Assembly (NCBI GenBank): GCA_903858115.1
Contig: CAIOHR010000268.1
Coordinates: 684-64,683, forward strand
Length of the DNA: 64,000 bases
Origin: an uncultured Pirellula sp.
GTDB lineage: Bacteria; Planctomycetota; Planctomycetia; Pirellulales; Pirellulaceae
Direction of reading: 5' to 3'
The notes beneath the pieces were generated by a model, which was not told where the DNA came from, searched no databases, and saw only the letters and a list, made by a program, of their open reading frames with translations. Made by a program: the position numbers and the translations under genes. The number at the start of each line of letters is the position of its first letter. Position 1 is the stretch's first letter. This document shows, piece by piece, positions 40,444 through 50,870 of this stretch.

Positions 40444-40700
40444 CGAAATTGCAGTCCTCAAGTTTGTTGTGCGGATTGAAGATGGAAAAGACAATGCGTT
40501 CCTAGTTCTACGTCCATGTCCGTCCGACGAACGCTTCGCCAAAGTGATCTATAGACGCTTCTATGAGACCTTCTGCTAAATCGGCAAAAGGTCGGCTCGA
40601 TTGATACTCGACAGTAAAATTATTCGGATTGGCCCGAGGAAAATTGAAAGTCCGAATTTGTCCTCAACTAACTCTAGAAGCTCCGTGAATACAACCTCTT

Positions 40701-41177
40701 TCATGAGCCATATCCCCTCGTCTCAGCGGTGGAGTCGGTTGGGGGATATTCACGTTTCTCCACGTGAATGTACTCGGCGACATGACTCAAAAGAATGTCG
40801 AAACGCAGTGGTTTTTCCAGTACCGCAGTGACACCAAACGATTTCATGCGTTTCGACAACGTAACACCAGTTCGACCGGTGATCACAATGATCGGAACAC
40901 ATCGTGTTTTTGGGATACGCGAAAGGCATTGCATGAGTTCTTCGCCGCTCGCGTAGGGCATTTGCAAATCGGTGATGACTAGATCTGGTTCCCATGCCAA
41001 AGCCTCTGACAACCCCTGGAATCCATGAAATGCCACATGCAAATCAATGTTGTAGTTATGAAAATTTCTTTGTAGACCTGCGATGATCGACGGGTCATCG
41101 TCTACGAGGAGAATTTGGGGACGACGGCGAGCGTCTGCGCTACGAATGTTGTTGGTAGACTCTGTGATGGATGACAC
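40701..41177 (-). CDS. Single-domain response regulator
   Basis: LLVDDD, TDLQMP, ITG, EKP motifs. Confidence 0.88.
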   Translation of the reverse strand: MSSITESTNNIRSADARRRPQILLVDDDPSIIAGLQRNFHNYNIDLHVAFHGFQGLSEALAWEPDLVITDLQMPYASGEELMQCLSRIPKTRCVPIIVITGRTGVTLSKRMKSFGVTAVLEKPLRFDILLSHVAEYIHVEKREYPPTDSTAETRGYGS

Positions 41178-41367
41178 AATGAACAGACCTCAATATTTCT
41201 GACACGCGATGGCATGCGGGCGAAGAGTAAAAAAACGCCATCTCAATCGTATGTCACGAATCAGAGGCGAGTGTCGAGTGTTCGTAAATATTTTCTGAAT
41301 CCGAAAAGCGTCGGCGAAGTAATGTCGCCTAGAATTTGATAACCAATAACTGTGATTGGGGCCAAGG

Positions 41368-41706
41368 TTAAAAACGCCGCATGGCTAGGTTCTCGACTCC
41401 CGTTAAGCTCCAGCAACTGAAGCATAGGAAGAAGACGCCGACGGTCACGGGCAAGGCGAGTCGATGGTATTGATTCCATGTTTGTCTGCTAAAGACACCG
41501 GAAATCGCTTTGGTTGTTGGGTTATCTGTCTTCTCGGGCTGAATTGTTGCATGTGCAAAAGCACCAGGAACAGCATGTGCAACCGCAAACTGGTTTCCAC
41601 TTGTCTCTTGGGCGATAGACCAGAATGCAGATAGAGCGACCAGTGCTAGGAAACTGCACGCAAACGCAATGAGTTGTAAGTGGTGAAGTCGGTGATTTGT
41701 TGGCAT
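41368..41706 (-). CDS. Possible small membrane protein
   Basis: 112 aa ORF with two hydrophobic stretches; no family motif recognised. Confidence 0.4.
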   Translation of the reverse strand: MPTNHRLHHLQLIAFACSFLALVALSAFWSIAQETSGNQFAVAHAVPGAFAHATIQPEKTDNPTTKAISGVFSRQTWNQYHRLALPVTVGVFFLCFSCWSLTGVENLAMRRF

Positions 41707-42116
41707 CGAGGTTGTGGAACACGAAGAGACTGGAATCCGGGATTAGGGGAGCATCGTTCTCCCGACCAGTTTCTTGTGAAGCAATGACAATGCCCATTTT
41801 ACAGAAATGAGCTATAGTTCCGAAGGTCCGCCGTGCCAACGTTCGAATTCATTGGGCACTCGGCCAAAACACTTTACGGAAGTAGCGAATCAGTTGCTAT
41901 CCTGTTGACAATTTACAACACAGGCCGTTGCACCGGCTCCACCGTGATGTTTATATGCATCAGCCATTAAAGGCGGCAAAATCGTTCCTTCTGTTTCTGG
42001 ACATCGTACTGTTCTCGTGAAAAGCCAGTAAATTGAGTTGCAGTCACGGATTTGGTCTTACCTTTCTCTTACATCTTCGTGCTCGATGATTTACGGCAAA
42101 CATCTTTTCACTCCCG

Positions 42117-43661
42117 ATGACACAAACAGACCGAATCCAGAAAAAGTGCGATTCACTGTCCCATTACTTTGGGTCAGTCTGTTTGCCATTTTCAACCGAT
42201 AGGAGTAATGTCACTGGCAATACTGAGATCGGGCAACTATTCACAGAGGGTGTTCACGTTATTGAGCAGCTCTGTATAGAATCGGCGAAAACAGGTCTTC
42301 CCGCGGTACTGAGCATTTCAAATCGTGAATCTGTTTTTGTCATCCCTATTGAAATCGGGCCGCCTGCATGGTTCGCAGTCGGTACGAATCCATTTCCAGC
42401 GACAGATTCAGCCATTCGACTCGTGAACCTGGCATATCAAACTCTGCAGCAGGAACTCGATATTGCAGAACGCGATCACTCGCTCTCCCTTACCGAGTCT
42501 GAATTGAACCGCTGCTACGAGGAGCGAGCTTGGATTCGTGAGCTCAATTCTTCCAGGGCATCGAGGAAACGTTCCAGTTCGTGTCAATCGAAGCAGATCC
42601 TAGAATCGGTTCGCAGATTGATTGATGCGGAGGCCGTTGGGATCTTTTTATTTGATGACCAGGATGTAAAACATAGTGGACTCGAATCCATGATCACCAC
42701 CCACCCAAGGTGGACGAGCGATGATATTCGGTATTTGATTCAACGTCTTCCGAAGCCTGAACTAGGAGACATCCGATTTGAATCTCAACTCTCGATCAAG
42801 GTACAACGAGTGGTTTTGAACTCCGCCGTCATCGTCCCTATCGGTGACACTTCCGTGTTGGGGTATGTTGTTGCGTGCAATCGTAAACACCGTTCGATGC
42901 TAGCCAATGAAAATGGACGGGCCTTTGATACGTCGGATGCCCAGACATTGTTGGAAGTCGCTGACTATTTGGTCGCTGAGGGATTTACGAACACCATTCT
43001 GAAGGAGAGTGAGGAGTTAGTTCTCGGCACACTCCGCGCTATGTCTATCGCGATTGAAGCACGAGATCCTTATACCCGAGGACATAGCGAACGCGTAGCA
43101 GAAGTTGGTTTCGAGATTGCTCAACGGTTGAACCTCTCAGAAGAATCCTGTCAAGAAATCTACTTGGCCGGAGTCCTTCATGACATTGGGAAGATCGGAA
43201 TTCCAGATCAGGTTTTATTGAAGCCTGGCAAACTCGACAGCGAGGAGTTCGCGATCATCCAAAAGCACCCAGAGATCGGGTTCAAGATCATCGACGAACT
43301 GGGAAAACTAAAGTTCGTATTGCCAGGTGTTCTCTATCACCATGAGCGATTCGATGGAATGGGATATCCACATCGGCTGAAAGGAGAAGAGATTCCCTTG
43401 ATGGCGAGGGTTCTGGCAGTTTCGGATGCATTCGATGCCATGACTTCGTCGCGAATCTATCGCACAGCGATGTCCCCTTCGCGAGCCGCCGAGATCCTCC
43501 GCGATGGTGTAGGACTCCAGTGGGACGCTCGAGTTGTCGAAGCATGTCTAGAGTGGATTGACGAGAAAATTCTGTTTCTCGCCAACGGAACGACTGAAAA
43601 TCGTAACTATGCAAACCCGGGTCGATTGCTATCGCAGGCACTTCGAACCGTCCAGTTCTAG
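42117..43661 (+). CDS. HD-GYP cyclic di-GMP phosphodiesterase with N-terminal GAF-like region
   Basis: EARDPYTRGHSERV, LHDIGKIG, HHERFDGMGYP, DAFDAMTS motifs. Confidence 0.93.
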   Translation: MTQTDRIQKKCDSLSHYFGSVCLPFSTDRSNVTGNTEIGQLFTEGVHVIEQLCIESAKTGLPAVLSISNRESVFVIPIEIGPPAWFAVGTNPFPATDSAIRLVNLAYQTLQQELDIAERDHSLSLTESELNRCYEERAWIRELNSSRASRKRSSSCQSKQILESVRRLIDAEAVGIFLFDDQDVKHSGLESMITTHPRWTSDDIRYLIQRLPKPELGDIRFESQLSIKVQRVVLNSAVIVPIGDTSVLGYVVACNRKHRSMLANENGRAFDTSDAQTLLEVADYLVAEGFTNTILKESEELVLGTLRAMSIAIEARDPYTRGHSERVAEVGFEIAQRLNLSEESCQEIYLAGVLHDIGKIGIPDQVLLKPGKLDSEEFAIIQKHPEIGFKIIDELGKLKFVLPGVLYHHERFDGMGYPHRLKGEEIPLMARVLAVSDAFDAMTSSRIYRTAMSPSRAAEILRDGVGLQWDARVVEACLEWIDEKILFLANGTTENRNYANPGRLLSQALRTVQF

Positions 43662-43881
43662 AGTAGTTCCGTAATAGGTGTAGCGAGTAAATTTCAATCG
43701 GTAGCGGAGTTGCGCAAGCACAAACTGTGTTCAATTCCTGAAACCTCCAGAAAATCACTGAAACTCTGGGATGCGAGAGAGCAATTCAGCTACTAGCGCA
43801 CCTTGAACCTGTAGCGAAACATCGCTGGGTTGGCCATAATGGAGGAATCTCACGAAGGTGAGAAGCGGATGAAAGTGAACT

Positions 43882-46386
43882 ATGCTAACCGGAAACGTAA
43901 TGGCCTGTTGGTTTCATGGCATTTCATCGACTCGCGATCAGAAGGAAATCAAAACAATCAACGTCTCAGCGAGAATCCTATATCTTCTCTTTTGCCTGTT
44001 CCTTTGTTGGCACCACGGCTCGGTTTCGCATGGAGAGGAACCGTTCGTCGCTGGCTTTGATCGATTTCATGCGCATGCATCGAATGACTCGATGGCGGGC
44101 AGTCTCTTGCTCACAGAGTTGAATTGCACGGCATGCCATTCGGCAGGAAAGGAGTTGAAGCTCAAAGGAGGCCCGATCCTTCTAGGAGCGGGAAATCGTT
44201 TTCATCGAGATTGGATCGCGAGCTATCTGCGATCACCATCCTCAGAGAAGAGCGGTGGTACGATGCCGCATATACTTCATCAAGTTCCCGAGAGCGATCG
44301 CGAGAAGGCCATCCAGGCGTTGGTCGCCTTTCTTTCCACCGAACCAGCCGAAGAACCCACAATCGTGGCTTCGGGTGGAAGCCCTGTGGCGCATGAGTTT
44401 TGGCTTAAAGGAGATGCAGACCGAGGACGAACGCTCTATCATCAGATCGGCTGTATCGCTTGCCATGCTATCGATGAGAGCTTTCAATCTTCAAAAAAAA
44501 TCCCATCGGATCTAGAACGCAAAATTGCCAGTCTCGATTTGGAAGCGGAAGAGCTCGAAGAAATGGGTCTCGCTCTTCCCAAAGAGATACGTCCTGTTCC
44601 GATGAGTCGCATTGCAGCAAAATATAGCTTGAGATCTTTATCGATGTACCTGATCTCGCCGCATCTCGTTCGACCTGCCGGCAGAATGCCTAGCTTGGAA
44701 TTGCAACCGCATGAGGCGGCCGATATTGCCACATATCTTATGCACGAGGCGAAGTCTTTGCCGACGCAAGCGACAGAATCATCCGTTGAAGAGGAAGCCC
44801 TCGTTCAACAAGGGAAAACGCTGTTTGGGAAGCTAGCGTGTGCCAATTGCCATGCGCGGTCAGACACGAAGCCTATACTATCAAAGCCATTGGACGAATT
44901 GGATGTTGGTGCATCGCGAGGCTGTCTGTCGGAAAATCCCGCAGGACCAATCTACAGTTTGTCCGAGAGGCAAAAGAAGGCGATCCAATCAAGTATCACC
45001 TCCAGTCAATTGAAGAAACCTTCACCGGTATCTTCTGTACAAAAGCGAGCAGAGGATCTGACGTTCCTGATGATGCAATTGAATTGTTACGCCTGTCATG
45101 AACGTGGTGGACGAGGGGGACCCGGTCCCAAGCAGTGGCCATTTTTCGAGAACACACAACAAATCGATATCGGCGATGAAGGACGTATGCCTCCATCGTT
45201 GGATCACGTTGGTCGCAAATTGCAGAGTAGCTGGCTCCAGAAAGTCCTCGAAGGGAAAGGAGATGTGCGACCTCATTTTCGCGTCCGTATGCCTGTCTTC
45301 CAAGATCATGCGAAATCACTGGCAGCTATCTTTGCAGAAGTCGATCAAGTGCCAGACACAAAGGCGTCAGTCTCAGAGGCTTCGCAATCCAAGCCCGAGA
45401 ATACTGTCAAGGTACTCGATCTGGAAGCGGGCCGAAGCATTATGGATTCGGGATGTGTGCAATGCCATACCTTTCGCTCAGATGCGTTGCCTGGCACCAT
45501 TGGGATCGATATTGCAAATGCCGGAGATCGCATCCATCGGGAATGGTTCGAAGCATTCCTTCTAAACCCAGCCAGTTTGAAGAAGAATACACGGATGCCA
45601 TCGTTCTTTCCGGATGGCAAGTCTTCCGTACCGCATGTGCTCGATGGTCATGTTCCAAGTCAATTGGAATCACTTTGGGGTTATCTGAATTCAAAAGATA
45701 CACCGTTACCGAACAAGCTTGAACAAAGCCGATCGCAGCTTTTCGAGTTGGTACCGAAAGAAGCACCGATCGTTTTACGGACCTTTATGGAATCACCCTC
45801 TGCCGGAACCTTTGCGATCGCTGTTGGATTCCCGGACCAATATCATTTTGCATTCGACGCGAAGAGCATGCGATTAGCCGAAGCATGGAAAGGGAAATTT
45901 CTAAACGCCCAAGGAACGTGGTTCGATCGGTTTGCGCCGCCAGCCATCCCACTCGGCACGGATCGAGTTTTGTTCCCCCGTTCCAGTTACTATCTGCGTC
46001 CGAAAGGGGATCTTTTTGTTCCCGTGGAATTATCACGGATGCAATTCAGGGGATACACGCTAGACGCTCATGATGTACCCATGTTTCGATACATTTTGGA
46101 GGATAACTTCATCGAGGATACGATCCAATCCTATGCGATGAATGGGCTCCTTAGAAGGATCAAGGTCGCGCAGGCTGCAACTAGTATCGCAAAGTCCGAT
46201 GTCGTCTGGCTTTTGGTTTCGGATCAAGTGGTTCGAATAGAGAATGATATCGCTTGGACTCTATCGAACTTGAAAGTCCATCTTTCCGCTACTACCGAGC
46301 GAATGCTGGTTCCGCACGATGGCAGATCCGATTTGTTCATCATGCTTCCAGCCAGTGAAGCCGTGGAGGTCGGTTATCGATGGTAA
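43882..46386 (+). CDS. Multiheme c-type cytochrome (5 CxxCH)
   Basis: CTACH, CIACH, CANCH, CYACH, CVQCH; distal MP motifs; signal-like N-terminus; start uncertain. Confidence 0.88.
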   Translation: MLTGNVMACWFHGISSTRDQKEIKTINVSARILYLLFCLFLCWHHGSVSHGEEPFVAGFDRFHAHASNDSMAGSLLLTELNCTACHSAGKELKLKGGPILLGAGNRFHRDWIASYLRSPSSEKSGGTMPHILHQVPESDREKAIQALVAFLSTEPAEEPTIVASGGSPVAHEFWLKGDADRGRTLYHQIGCIACHAIDESFQSSKKIPSDLERKIASLDLEAEELEEMGLALPKEIRPVPMSRIAAKYSLRSLSMYLISPHLVRPAGRMPSLELQPHEAADIATYLMHEAKSLPTQATESSVEEEALVQQGKTLFGKLACANCHARSDTKPILSKPLDELDVGASRGCLSENPAGPIYSLSERQKKAIQSSITSSQLKKPSPVSSVQKRAEDLTFLMMQLNCYACHERGGRGGPGPKQWPFFENTQQIDIGDEGRMPPSLDHVGRKLQSSWLQKVLEGKGDVRPHFRVRMPVFQDHAKSLAAIFAEVDQVPDTKASVSEASQSKPENTVKVLDLEAGRSIMDSGCVQCHTFRSDALPGTIGIDIANAGDRIHREWFEAFLLNPASLKKNTRMPSFFPDGKSSVPHVLDGHVPSQLESLWGYLNSKDTPLPNKLEQSRSQLFELVPKEAPIVLRTFMESPSAGTFAIAVGFPDQYHFAFDAKSMRLAEAWKGKFLNAQGTWFDRFAPPAIPLGTDRVLFPRSSYYLRPKGDLFVPVELSRMQFRGYTLDAHDVPMFRYILEDNFIEDTIQSYAMNGLLRRIKVAQAATSIAKSDVVWLLVSDQVVRIENDIAWTLSNLKVHLSATTERMLVPHDGRSDLFIMLPASEAVEVGYRW

Positions 46387-48017
46387 TGAACGGAGATCAA
46401 GATCGAGTGCAAGCGAATCACGCGGTGTTCCTGAGGTTTGTTCGATCCGTCGTATGGTTCTCGAAGTGCATGTTACTAGCAGTCGGCACTTACTTCGCCA
46501 ACGTGCGCGCTGAAGAGGTTGTCAAAGCGACGGAATCCGATTTCTATCGATTGGTGACAATCAAGACTTCGCAGGCTAGCGACTCCCGTTCGAAGAATTG
46601 GAAGCCTGCACCAGATTCGCTCGTGTTGGAAGTGAGCGGGATGGCAAAACTTCCAGATGGCCGGTTGGCTGTTGCGATTCGAAAAGGGGAGGTCTGGCTG
46701 CTTTCGAATGTTTACGACGATCCACCAAGCAACGTTGGTTATCATCGATTCGCGTCGTCATTGCACGAGCCGCTTGGTCTTCTGTTTCATGAGGGGTCTT
46801 TAATCACCGTACAGCGAACGGAGATGACACGTTTATTGGACAAGAACAAGGATGATATCTGCGATGAATACGAGACGATGGCGACCGGATGGGGAGTGAC
46901 AGGCAACTACCATGAGTATGCTTTTGGTCCGAAGGTGGATAGCAAAGGGAACCTTTGGCTAACGCTCAATCTAGGTTTGGGGCTGAAAGGGGAACAAAAG
47001 TCAGCCGCCATTGCCAATAAGACTCTTGGTTTCACCCAAGCGTTGTGGCGAGGCTGGGGAATGATTGTCACACCCGATGGGCAACTCCAACCGATGTGCG
47101 CCGGGATGCGATCGCCTTCTGGGTTAGGGTGTAATCTGAGTGGCGATGTCTTTTATTCGGATCAGCAAGGAAATTGGGTTGCGACCAACAGTTTGCATCA
47201 TCTTCGGAGCGGGGCCTTTTATCATCATCCTGAGAGCTTGGCGTCCGTGGATCAGCAAGGTTCCACACTTGAGCCGGTTGCCGAAATCCCAGATGGCCTG
47301 CCCTTCCCGGAGGCGGTCAAGAAGCTTTCGATCTTGAAGCCACCGGCGGTTTGGTTGCCCTATAAAAAGGTTGGTCAGTCGGCAACGGATATCATGGTTG
47401 ATGGGAGTGCGGGGAAGTTCGGGCCATTTGCCGGCCAGCTCTTTGTCGGCGAGTTTACTCAATCCTCGATCAATCGAGTTTTTCTGGAGAAGATTGATGG
47501 CGAGTACCAAGGAGCATGTTTCCCGTTTCGCGAAGGCTTTGCATCTGCGGTGTTGCGATTGGAACAAGGGACGGATGGCAGCGTCTTCGCGGGGTTGTCC
47601 AATCGCGGCTGGAGCAGTTTAGGTCCCGCTTCGTACGGTTTGCAGAGACTCGTTTGGACGGGTCGTATGCCGATGGAGATGAGAGAGATACGAGCTCAAC
47701 CGGACGGCTTTGAGATCGTCTTTACCAAGCCTGTAAATCGCGAATCGGCTTCTCAACTCAACTCTTATAGACTTAGCAGTCATACGTACCGATATCAATC
47801 CCAGTATGGCAGCGACGATATCTTGGAGAAGCAACTGGACGTTACCAAGGCGACCGTTTCCGACGATGGACTTCGCGTTCGGCTCGTTGTCAGTCCATTG
47901 CGAGAACTCTTTGTTCACACGCTCAATGCAAGTGGCGTTCGCAGCATCGACGGCGAGCCTCTGCTTCACAACGAAGGCTATTACACTCTCAACCAAATCC
48001 CCAATCGATCTCGCTAA
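46380..48017 (+). CDS. Secreted beta-propeller protein (PVC-type, glucose/sorbosone-dehydrogenase-like)
   Basis: LHEPLGL, NYHEYAFGP, GMRSPSG, DQQGNW, FGPFAGQLFVGE motifs; overlaps the cytochrome gene end. Confidence 0.8.
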   Translation: MVMNGDQDRVQANHAVFLRFVRSVVWFSKCMLLAVGTYFANVRAEEVVKATESDFYRLVTIKTSQASDSRSKNWKPAPDSLVLEVSGMAKLPDGRLAVAIRKGEVWLLSNVYDDPPSNVGYHRFASSLHEPLGLLFHEGSLITVQRTEMTRLLDKNKDDICDEYETMATGWGVTGNYHEYAFGPKVDSKGNLWLTLNLGLGLKGEQKSAAIANKTLGFTQALWRGWGMIVTPDGQLQPMCAGMRSPSGLGCNLSGDVFYSDQQGNWVATNSLHHLRSGAFYHHPESLASVDQQGSTLEPVAEIPDGLPFPEAVKKLSILKPPAVWLPYKKVGQSATDIMVDGSAGKFGPFAGQLFVGEFTQSSINRVFLEKIDGEYQGACFPFREGFASAVLRLEQGTDGSVFAGLSNRGWSSLGPASYGLQRLVWTGRMPMEMREIRAQPDGFEIVFTKPVNRESASQLNSYRLSSHTYRYQSQYGSDDILEKQLDVTKATVSDDGLRVRLVVSPLRELFVHTLNASGVRSIDGEPLLHNEGYYTLNQIPNRSR

Positions 48018-48041
48018 GCTTCGGAACAAAACACCAAACGT

Positions 48042-50690
48042 TTAATTAGATTCTTTTGCTTGCCTTTGCAGTGCTTCCAACTGTTGCAAGGCTTCAATTG
48101 GCGTCATGCGTTCGATCTCCAACGACTTCAATCGATCGACGACGGCGTTGTCTTTCCATTCAAAGAGAGTCATCTGGATCGAACCGCTCGCTTTGCTTCT
48201 GGGTGGTGCGATATTTGGCTGACCATACTTGTTGAGATGATTCTCTTCTAGTTGGATCAATATTTGTTTGGCACGATCGTTGACTTCGCGTGGCACTCCA
48301 GCCAATCGAGCGACATGGATGCCATAACTGCGATCGGCTCCGCCTGGAACGATGCGGTGCAAGAAGACAACGTTGTCATCCCATTCCTTGACCGACACAT
48401 TCCAGTTGCGAACACCAGGCAACGACTTTTGAAGATCAATCAGTTCATGGTAGTGTGTCGCGAACATCGTACGGGCTCGGTTGACACCATGAAGATGCTC
48501 GACAATCGCCCACGCTAACGATAGCCCATCGTACGTGCTTGTACCTCGACCGATCTCATCGAGGATGACGAGCGATCGTTCTGTGGCCGTGTTCAAAATG
48601 CGGGCCGTCTCGACCATTTCGACCATGAAGGTACTTTGACCACGGGCCAATTCGTCGCTTGCGCCGACGCGAGCAAACAGACGATCTGCAATTCCAATCG
48701 TCGCCTTTCGAGCTGGCACAAAACTGCCCATCTGGGCCATGATCGTGAGCAAGGCTGTTTGGCGAATGTAAGTGCTCTTACCCGCCATGTTTGGGCCTGT
48801 GATGAGTAGTATGTTTCCGTGTTCTGTGCCGATCATCGAATCATTCGGCACGAACGTCCCCTTAGGAAGCGTTGCATCCAACACAGGGTGCCGGCCCTCG
48901 TAGATTTCTAACAGTGGCTCGTCGGTAATGATCGGTTTGACGTACCCCTGTTTGACAGCCAGTTCAGCGAGTGATGCGATCGCATCTAACTCTGCCAGGA
49001 TTGCCGCGTTCACTTGCAAAGCTTGGGTTTGCAAGTGAACTTGCTCTCGCAGTTCAAGGAACAATTCGAACTCCAGTGCCTTGGCAGATTCATCCGCGGT
49101 TAGCACTTTCTCTTCGTATTCTTTGAGCTCAGGTGTAATGTAGCGTTCTGCATTCTTCAGCGTCTGTTTGCGGATGTAGTTTGCAGGGACACGATCGCGA
49201 TGCGTGTTGGTGATTTCGAGATAGTAACCAAAGACCGAAGTAAAACCAACCTTGAGGCTCGTGATGCCCGTTTGTTGAATTTGGTCCGCTTGATAGCGCG
49301 CGATCCATTCTTTACCACCCGTTGCTAGTATCCTGAAGTCATCCAAGCGTTGGTCGTAGCCGGTACGAATATAACCACCATCGCGTGCGACCAACGGGCA
49401 GTCTTCTTCGAGAGCCGATTCCAGATGCTCACGCAAGGTTGGTAGAAGATCGATTCGAGTTTGAAGCTGAGTCAATCGCGCCGAGAGACGTTCTTCGAGC
49501 AACGCTTTGATCTTCGGGATTTGTCCAAGAGAACGACCGACTTGTTTAAGATCGCGAGGGCTACATCGTCCAGTGGAAACGCGAGCCATGAGTCTTTCGA
49601 TATCGTAAACATCCGAAAGATTCTGTCGCATGGCTGTGCGCAGTCGATCGTTGCGAACAAACTCGTCGACCGCATCCAATCGGGACTCGATCTGTTCTTT
49701 CGAAAGAAGAGGCGATGCGAGCCACTGTCCAAGTCGACGAGCCCCCATCGAGGTGACGGTGCGGTCCAAGACCTCGAGAAGCGAACCTTCCCGAGTGGCG
49801 GTGCGAATGGTTTGCGTTAACTCCAACGAACGGCGAGTGGCAGAATCGATCTCCAGGATACGACTCAATCGCGATGGTACCAATTGTTGGATATGGGTCA
49901 GCGAAGTCTTCTGCGTCTCTTGTAGATAAGCCAGCGCCGCACCAGCCGCGCTGATGGCGAGAAGATCTTGAAGACTCGTCGAGTTCACCGAGGCATCGGG
50001 TTGGAGATCCCAGCCCATGCCAGACAAATCCAAAACACCGAAGTGCTCATGAAGCACGCGTTGCGATTCTTCGAATCCGAATTGCCAGGAAGGTCGGCGG
50101 GTCAGCGCCCACTTTTCAAAATCGTCTCGCTTTAACGTGGAGTCATCTTCGCGAACCAAAATCTCCGCTGGTTCGAGCCGAGCGATTTGATCGGATAGGG
50201 ATGCGAGCGGAAAGGAACCCGCCTCGAATCGCCCCGTGGATAGCTCCACCCAAGCTAGGCCAATCGACGCCGACGAGCCTCCAGTCTTCCCCGGCGCGGG
50301 GTGGTAAACGGCCAAAAGCAAGTTGCCCGCTCGAGGATCGAGGAGGGCGTCGTCGGTCAAAGTGCCGGCCGTTACGATGCGTTGTACTTCGCGACGTACT
50401 AGCCCTTTGGCAGTGGCCGGGTCTTCGATTTGCTCGCAAACCGCGACGCGAAAGCCAGCTCGGACCAGTTTCGCAAGGTACGCCTCCAATTGATGGTGGG
50501 GGAAACCAGCCATCGGTATCGGATTTTCTCCTTTGTCCCGGCTGGTGAGGGTCAGCCCCAAAACGCGGGCGACGGTTTTTGCATCCTCGTGAAAAAGCTC
50601 ATAAAAATCACCCATTCGGAAAAAAAGGATGGCGTCGCCGCTGGCGGCTTTGGCTTCTTCGTACTGCTTCATCATCGGCGAAAGGTTCAT
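48042..50690 (-). CDS. mutS: DNA mismatch repair protein MutS
   Basis: PMMKQY, GDFYELF, TGPNMAGKSTY, STFMVEM, DEIGRGTS, SYGIHVA motifs. Confidence 0.98.
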   Translation of the reverse strand: MNLSPMMKQYEEAKAASGDAILFFRMGDFYELFHEDAKTVARVLGLTLTSRDKGENPIPMAGFPHHQLEAYLAKLVRAGFRVAVCEQIEDPATAKGLVRREVQRIVTAGTLTDDALLDPRAGNLLLAVYHPAPGKTGGSSASIGLAWVELSTGRFEAGSFPLASLSDQIARLEPAEILVREDDSTLKRDDFEKWALTRRPSWQFGFEESQRVLHEHFGVLDLSGMGWDLQPDASVNSTSLQDLLAISAAGAALAYLQETQKTSLTHIQQLVPSRLSRILEIDSATRRSLELTQTIRTATREGSLLEVLDRTVTSMGARRLGQWLASPLLSKEQIESRLDAVDEFVRNDRLRTAMRQNLSDVYDIERLMARVSTGRCSPRDLKQVGRSLGQIPKIKALLEERLSARLTQLQTRIDLLPTLREHLESALEEDCPLVARDGGYIRTGYDQRLDDFRILATGGKEWIARYQADQIQQTGITSLKVGFTSVFGYYLEITNTHRDRVPANYIRKQTLKNAERYITPELKEYEEKVLTADESAKALEFELFLELREQVHLQTQALQVNAAILAELDAIASLAELAVKQGYVKPIITDEPLLEIYEGRHPVLDATLPKGTFVPNDSMIGTEHGNILLITGPNMAGKSTYIRQTALLTIMAQMGSFVPARKATIGIADRLFARVGASDELARGQSTFMVEMVETARILNTATERSLVILDEIGRGTSTYDGLSLAWAIVEHLHGVNRARTMFATHYHELIDLQKSLPGVRNWNVSVKEWDDNVVFLHRIVPGGADRSYGIHVARLAGVPREVNDRAKQILIQLEENHLNKYGQPNIAPPRSKASGSIQMTLFEWKDNAVVDRLKSLEIERMTPIEALQQLEALQRQAKESN

Positions 50691-50870
50691 GTCGAGATGT
50701 TACCATCCCACCTGAGCTGGCCAAATAGGCTCCCGCCGGGAGCTTCCCGCGAAACAAACTCCTTGGTCCGGTGTTTTCTGTAGGCGGGAGATTCCCGTCC
50801 AGCTAGAATTGTTGGGTTAGTGAAGCATTTTCGCAGTACGTCAGAACTGGCGGCGAATCCGAGAGAACCT

